Assembly (NCBI GenBank): GCA_043803105.1 | Contig: JAZDKJ010000013.1 | Coordinates: forward strand, 32,001-96,000 | DNA: 64,000 nucleotides | From: Candidatus Woesearchaeota archaeon | GTDB lineage: Archaea; Nanobdellota; Nanobdellia; Woesearchaeales; JAZDKJ01 | Direction: 5' to 3' | Shown: in pieces, positions 59,550-64,000 of the stretch | Layout: each line of letters begins with the position of its first letter | Position numbering within the stretch: position 1 is the first letter of the stretch | Translations under genes and position numbers: made by a program | Notes under the pieces: model-generated | What the model was told of the DNA's origin: nothing | The model's database searches: none | The model's input: the letters and a program-made list of their open reading frames with translations, nothing else

Positions 59550-60770
59550 ATGGACAGGGTGGACTTGATGAGGCTTCTTGACAAGTATATAGGGATACCC
59601 ATATGTCTTATACTGTCCACACTGGAACTGGTGAGAAAGCCTTTTGTCAGCAACAAGGGCAGGCCAATAAAGAAGATTCTCATAATACAAATATCAGAGA
59701 TGGGAAGCACAATACATGCATACTCAAGCATGAAACTACTGAAGAGCAAACACCCAGAGGCAAAAATATTCTACCTGATATTCAAGGAAATGCAGGAAAG
59801 CATCAAGCTGCTCAGAATAATTCCTGACGAAAACATATTGACAATACGCAGCAGCTCAACAGCTGGATTTATTTTTGACACAATCAAAACAATCGTGAAA
59901 ATCAGGATGCTTAGGATAGACACAACAATCGACCTTGAACTATTTGCACGATTTTCGAACATCCTAAGCTATCTTTCCGAGGCGCAAAAAAGGATCGGGT
60001 TTGATGCCTTCAAGATGGAAGGGCTATACAGGGGAAGCCTGCTTACACACAGGGTGATATACAACCACACTACAGCCATAAGCGCAAACTTTTTGGCTCT
60101 CGCAAAGGCTACGCTACATGATCAGAGTGAGAGCCCGTTATTGAAATCAAGCGTTTCAGGCTGGAAGGCTGAAGTGCCAAAAATCGTGTCTACCCCAAGA
60201 GAAAAAGAGTTGATCAGGAAAAGGCTTGAGAAAATAAATCCTTCAATAAAGAACAAAAAGCACCTAGTGCTAATCAATCCGAATGCAAGCCAGCTCTTGC
60301 CACTAAGAAGATGGCCTGTTGAGAACTACATAGAACTTGCGAGACGCCTGCTAAAAAATGAAGGCACTTATGTTGTAGTGACTGGAGTGAAGGCAGAAAA
60401 GGCAGAGGCACAGGCAATATGCAAGGCAGTAGACAGTCCAAGATGCATTGATTTTACAGGTGAGACAACGCTTCGGACATTGATAGACCTTTACAATGTC
60501 TCGGATTTGTTAGTATCAAACGACAGCGGGCCACCGAACTTCGCATCACTAACAACGATGAGCACCATCGTGCTATTTGGGCCGGAAACACCGCTCTGCT
60601 ACAAGCCATTGGGAGAAAACATAAAGGTCATCTACTCAAACTTTGCATGCAGCCCTTGCGTCAGTGCATACAATCATAGAAAATCCGCGTGCAAAGACAA
60701 CAAATGCCTACAGGCAATAAGCGTTGAGAAGGTTTACAATGCAGCGATGAACGAGCTAAAGGCTGCTTAA
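59550..60770 (+). CDS. GT9 (heptosyltransferase-like) glycosyltransferase
   Basis: Motifs SEMG, RRWP, NDSGP, LFGP, CSPC...C..C. Confidence 0.88.
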   Translation: MDRVDLMRLLDKYIGIPICLILSTLELVRKPFVSNKGRPIKKILIIQISEMGSTIHAYSSMKLLKSKHPEAKIFYLIFKEMQESIKLLRIIPDENILTIRSSSTAGFIFDTIKTIVKIRMLRIDTTIDLELFARFSNILSYLSEAQKRIGFDAFKMEGLYRGSLLTHRVIYNHTTAISANFLALAKATLHDQSESPLLKSSVSGWKAEVPKIVSTPREKELIRKRLEKINPSIKNKKHLVLINPNASQLLPLRRWPVENYIELARRLLKNEGTYVVVTGVKAEKAEAQAICKAVDSPRCIDFTGETTLRTLIDLYNVSDLLVSNDSGPPNFASLTTMSTIVLFGPETPLCYKPLGENIKVIYSNFACSPCVSAYNHRKSACKDNKCLQAISVEKVYNAAMNELKAA

Positions 60771-60774
60771 ACAA

Positions 60775-62343
60775 ATGGAAAGCAAAGACATAATAGCAAT
60801 AACCGTGCTCTTTCTAATAGGATTCTACCTGTACAGCCTGCCAGTCCAAACCAACAGGTTCCCGTTCGGTGAGGGGGATGCAGCACACAAGTATGGGATG
60901 GCTGATTGGATGTATACCCAAGACAGTGCACCAAGGGATATGCCTTTCTTCTATGCTACATGGTATCCATGGATAATAAAAAACGATTTCTATGCTCCGG
61001 CCAACCCTGCGCCCTATTATGTAAGCATGGCAGCCACACACATCGTGGCTGGAGGAGACAGATTCACTGCACCAGACATATTCCTGGCCTTGACATCATT
61101 AGGACTTGCCAGCATCACAGTATACTTTCTTATTAGAAAGCTTTATGGTTTTTGGACAGGATTCCTGGCTTCTGTGTTGCTTTTGTTCCCAATACAAAAC
61201 ATGATGGCATACCTATGGGGGCAGAGACCTCACCTCATTGCATTAGCCTATGTACCATTAGTCATCTACTGCTATCATAAGTATGTAATATCAGAAAAGA
61301 ATTCTGGCATCAAGTACTTGGTACTAGCAAGCGTTTTTGCAGCAGTGGCAGCAGTGATATATCTTCAGGTGCTTTTATTGATAGCAGCATTTGTATTGAT
61401 ATACTCCATCGCAATCCTCATTAAAGAAAAAAGGCTTGCATTCAACTGGAAGCACGTTATTCTTGCAGCAGCCATAATCGCGTTAGTTCTCGGCCCATTT
61501 GTGCCGGATATTGCGAAAGGCTATGCAAGCCAAACAAAATCACTTGGAATAAACAACCTCTCACACCTGTTCTATTGGTTCAAGCCTGCAGCAGACATGC
61601 CAAACCAGTTCATGTATGATTACTCACAAGCCCTGGGGGGTATCTGGAGCCTGCCATTCCTGTTTTTGGGAATATTCTTCATCATCTATAGAAGAAGCAA
61701 GGAAGACTTAGTCGTTCTCTCTTGGTTAGCGGCAATGTACATCGTAATTCATCTTGATGTGACCGGGCTCATGGACCAAGGAAGGACAGCGAGACTCATA
61801 TTCGGAAGCGCACTCGTCTTCTATCCAATAATATCAGTCGCATTCATGGGGATACCGAGGCTAATACCCCTAAGCAAAGGGCAGAAACCAATTTTGCGAC
61901 TAGCGTTGATTGCAGTGTTCCTAATCTTGACAGCAATATTTGCAGCAAAACCTGCGTACGAAACGATGAAAAACGCATATCCTGACATGCTCAGGATGAC
62001 ACCATACCAATACGAGGCAGCCAAATGGCTAAACCAAAACATACCAGAGAACAGCGTGGTTTACGCTCAGGGACAGCTGACTTACGCCAAAATGAGATGG
62101 ATTCATATGTTTTCGCAAAGGGCACTCACTGGCTTTAACAGAAATATGAGCCAAGCAAGCGAGGAGGTAAAGGATTTCCCTGTGACAAACCACCTAACAC
62201 ACGCACTATTAGATTACTCGGATTACATGATTTTGGGAGACAAAGCCAATATCGAAAAATTGAAGGGCATAGAGAAAACAATAAAGGGCACACTGATCTA
62301 TGACCAGGACAACATAAAGGTGTTTGAGCTTGCAGAACAATAA
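60775..62343 (+). CDS. Multi-TM GT-C-like membrane protein
   Basis: EGD..H loop, many TM segments, A.WL..N.P C-terminal domain. Confidence 0.7.
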   Translation: MESKDIIAITVLFLIGFYLYSLPVQTNRFPFGEGDAAHKYGMADWMYTQDSAPRDMPFFYATWYPWIIKNDFYAPANPAPYYVSMAATHIVAGGDRFTAPDIFLALTSLGLASITVYFLIRKLYGFWTGFLASVLLLFPIQNMMAYLWGQRPHLIALAYVPLVIYCYHKYVISEKNSGIKYLVLASVFAAVAAVIYLQVLLLIAAFVLIYSIAILIKEKRLAFNWKHVILAAAIIALVLGPFVPDIAKGYASQTKSLGINNLSHLFYWFKPAADMPNQFMYDYSQALGGIWSLPFLFLGIFFIIYRRSKEDLVVLSWLAAMYIVIHLDVTGLMDQGRTARLIFGSALVFYPIISVAFMGIPRLIPLSKGQKPILRLALIAVFLILTAIFAAKPAYETMKNAYPDMLRMTPYQYEAAKWLNQNIPENSVVYAQGQLTYAKMRWIHMFSQRALTGFNRNMSQASEEVKDFPVTNHLTHALLDYSDYMILGDKANIEKLKGIEKTIKGTLIYDQDNIKVFELAEQ

Positions 62344-62668
62344 CGTAATCGCAATCATTTGCGGAATCGCAGTGGCAATAACAGCCGGCATACTATTCGG
62401 ATGGACTGGAATAATGACAGTGTTAGGTATGCTAATACTCTATTTTGTTCCTGCCTACATAGTGCTGAGAAATCTTGATCTTGACAACTTGGAGCTTTTG
62501 GTATTCTCATTCTTTTTGGGCTTCGGATTGTTCCCTATTATCACGTATTACATTAACAAGCTTGTGGGCTCATTGAGAGTCAGTGTTTTCCTGACATTTG
62601 TCGTCATTGTTGCAGTTGGAGTAATAATCAGGGTAACAAAGAAGAAAACTAAAACCTCTTCAGCTTAA
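62324..62668 (+). CDS. Small membrane protein
   Basis: Four hydrophobic segments; P.Y...E..FS. Confidence 0.7.
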   Translation: MSLQNNNVIAIICGIAVAITAGILFGWTGIMTVLGMLILYFVPAYIVLRNLDLDNLELLVFSFFLGFGLFPIITYYINKLVGSLRVSVFLTFVVIVAVGVIIRVTKKKTKTSSA

Positions 62669-63998
62669 CCAGGGATTTCTTAAGGGCTGACGGTGTCAAG
62701 AAGCCCCTGATTGTTGGAAGCAGATGCTTCGGGTGCAGGTAGAAGGATAACAGCGCTCGCTGCTTGAGATGAACCAACTTAGCCTTCGGCAGAACCTCTT
62801 TTCCAGAAAAGACAGGATTCCTATAATAGTCAAAATCAGCGACATCGGCAGAAATCAAGTGAGAGTTCTTGTCGAAGAGAAAGGTATGAGGTAGAGGGGT
62901 AGTAATTGAAAAGGTTGCCTCGTCAATGCCCAGGCTTGTGGAAAAACGAATGGTCTGCTTTATCTCCTCTAAGGTTTCAGAAGGAGCGCCAATCATGAAA
63001 TAGCCTTGGACCTTAATGCCCAATGAATTAAAGACCTTGACAGCCTTCTTAACCTGCCTTAATGTAATACCCTTATCATACACTTCGTCCAGAACGCGCT
63101 GCGAGCCTGACTCGATTCCCATAAAGACCTTGCGCAGGCCAGCCTTTTTCAACAGGGCAAATATATCATAATCCACAAGGTTTGCGCGAGCATTAGCGCC
63201 GAAAACAAGGCCCAAATTGCTCTCAATAAGCTTGTCACAAATCCTAGAAACCCAGTCCTTGTCAAAAATCAGGGTGTCATCCTGAAACATAAAGGCATTA
63301 ATCCCCAGCAGACGCTTCCAGTGCCTGAGTTCTGCAACAATGTTTTCAGGAGACCTCTTCCTTATCCTTTGACCGAAAAGTGTTGTCAGGGTAGGCTGAC
63401 AGAATGAGCACTTGTAAGGACAACCGCGGGAGCTAATGATGTTGACTCCGCGAAGGTTTTTACCAACAGAATCAAGCTGAAACCAATGATCAAAGTAAGA
63501 AGGCAAGTCCACAAGCTGCAGGTCAGGGAAAGGAAGTTTATCAAGGTCAGGAATGAACTCCCTCTTAGGGTTCTTGACTATCGAGCCAGAACTCTTAAAC
63601 CAAAGACCCTTTACTTTTGAGAAATCACCAGCACTGTTGACCAAATCAAGCCATGTTTGCTCACCCTCTCCAATTACCACAGCATCAACACAACCTTCTC
63701 TTAAGGTCTCTTCAGGCATCACAGTAGGGTGAGGCCCTCCAAAAACAACCCTTACCTTAGGGTTAGATTTTTTCAATATAGAAGCTAACAACAAGGCATC
63801 TTTCAACATAGTTGTCATCAATGAGAAACCAACCAAATCATAATCTTTGCGTGCAAGAAGCGCTGCGGCCTGATGCTTTGAGGAATGGAAAGTGGTGTCA
63901 ATAACGTCTAACTCGGCCAGTGAATTTGACTTAAGATATGATGCAATGTAAAGCAAGCCAAGAGGGGCATCGCCAGAAGGATACTTGTAGCGAGGAAA
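62649..63998 (-). CDS. B12-binding radical SAM protein (5'-truncated by window)
   Basis: Motifs PLGLLY, GGPHPT, GEGE, SRGCPYKCSFC, GIESG; frame is open to the window edge. Confidence 0.92.
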   Translation of the reverse strand, partial: FPRYKYPSGDAPLGLLYIASYLKSNSLAELDVIDTTFHSSKHQAAALLARKDYDLVGFSLMTTMLKDALLLASILKKSNPKVRVVFGGPHPTVMPEETLREGCVDAVVIGEGEQTWLDLVNSAGDFSKVKGLWFKSSGSIVKNPKREFIPDLDKLPFPDLQLVDLPSYFDHWFQLDSVGKNLRGVNIISSRGCPYKCSFCQPTLTTLFGQRIRKRSPENIVAELRHWKRLLGINAFMFQDDTLIFDKDWVSRICDKLIESNLGLVFGANARANLVDYDIFALLKKAGLRKVFMGIESGSQRVLDEVYDKGITLRQVKKAVKVFNSLGIKVQGYFMIGAPSETLEEIKQTIRFSTSLGIDEATFSITTPLPHTFLFDKNSHLISADVADFDYYRNPVFSGKEVLPKAKLVHLKQRALLSFYLHPKHLLPTIRGFLTPSALKKSLVKLKRF

Positions 63999-64000
63999 TA

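Noticed and set aside
1-64000. CRISPR array, tRNA, transposase or integrase
   Set aside because: I saw no regularly spaced repeats, cloverleaf structures or catalytic motifs, and the intergenic gaps are short.

Overview
This is a gene-dense archaeal window, most consistent with a DPANN/Woesearchaeota-like genome. Supporting signs are TTTAAA/TTTATA boxes about 25-30 nt before starts, GGTGA-type SD sequences, a class III signal peptide, archaeal GlmU, Ogg and NFACT genes, and an unlinked 5S rRNA. Layout: 1-5 kb Cys-rich and pilin-like surface proteins; 5-9 kb redox and housekeeping genes; 9-16 kb regulator plus glmM-glmU-glmS; 16-19 kb NFACT, an orphan, 5S rRNA and an HD protein; 19-64 kb a large surface-glycosylation island with nucleotide-sugar enzymes, GT2/GT4/GT9/GT-C transferases, two flippases and five B12-radical SAM genes. 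The best candidates for novelty are: (1) a splicing-free LAGLIDADG homing cassette fused to the first 73 codons of glmS, followed by a compositionally foreign replacement glmS 5' half; (2) two ribbon-helix-helix + degenerate nucleotidyltransferase regulators that share a putative operator; (3) a 13-aa Cys/Lys micro-ORF with a strong RBS upstream of gdhA. All product calls come from motif recognition by eye, not from database searches.
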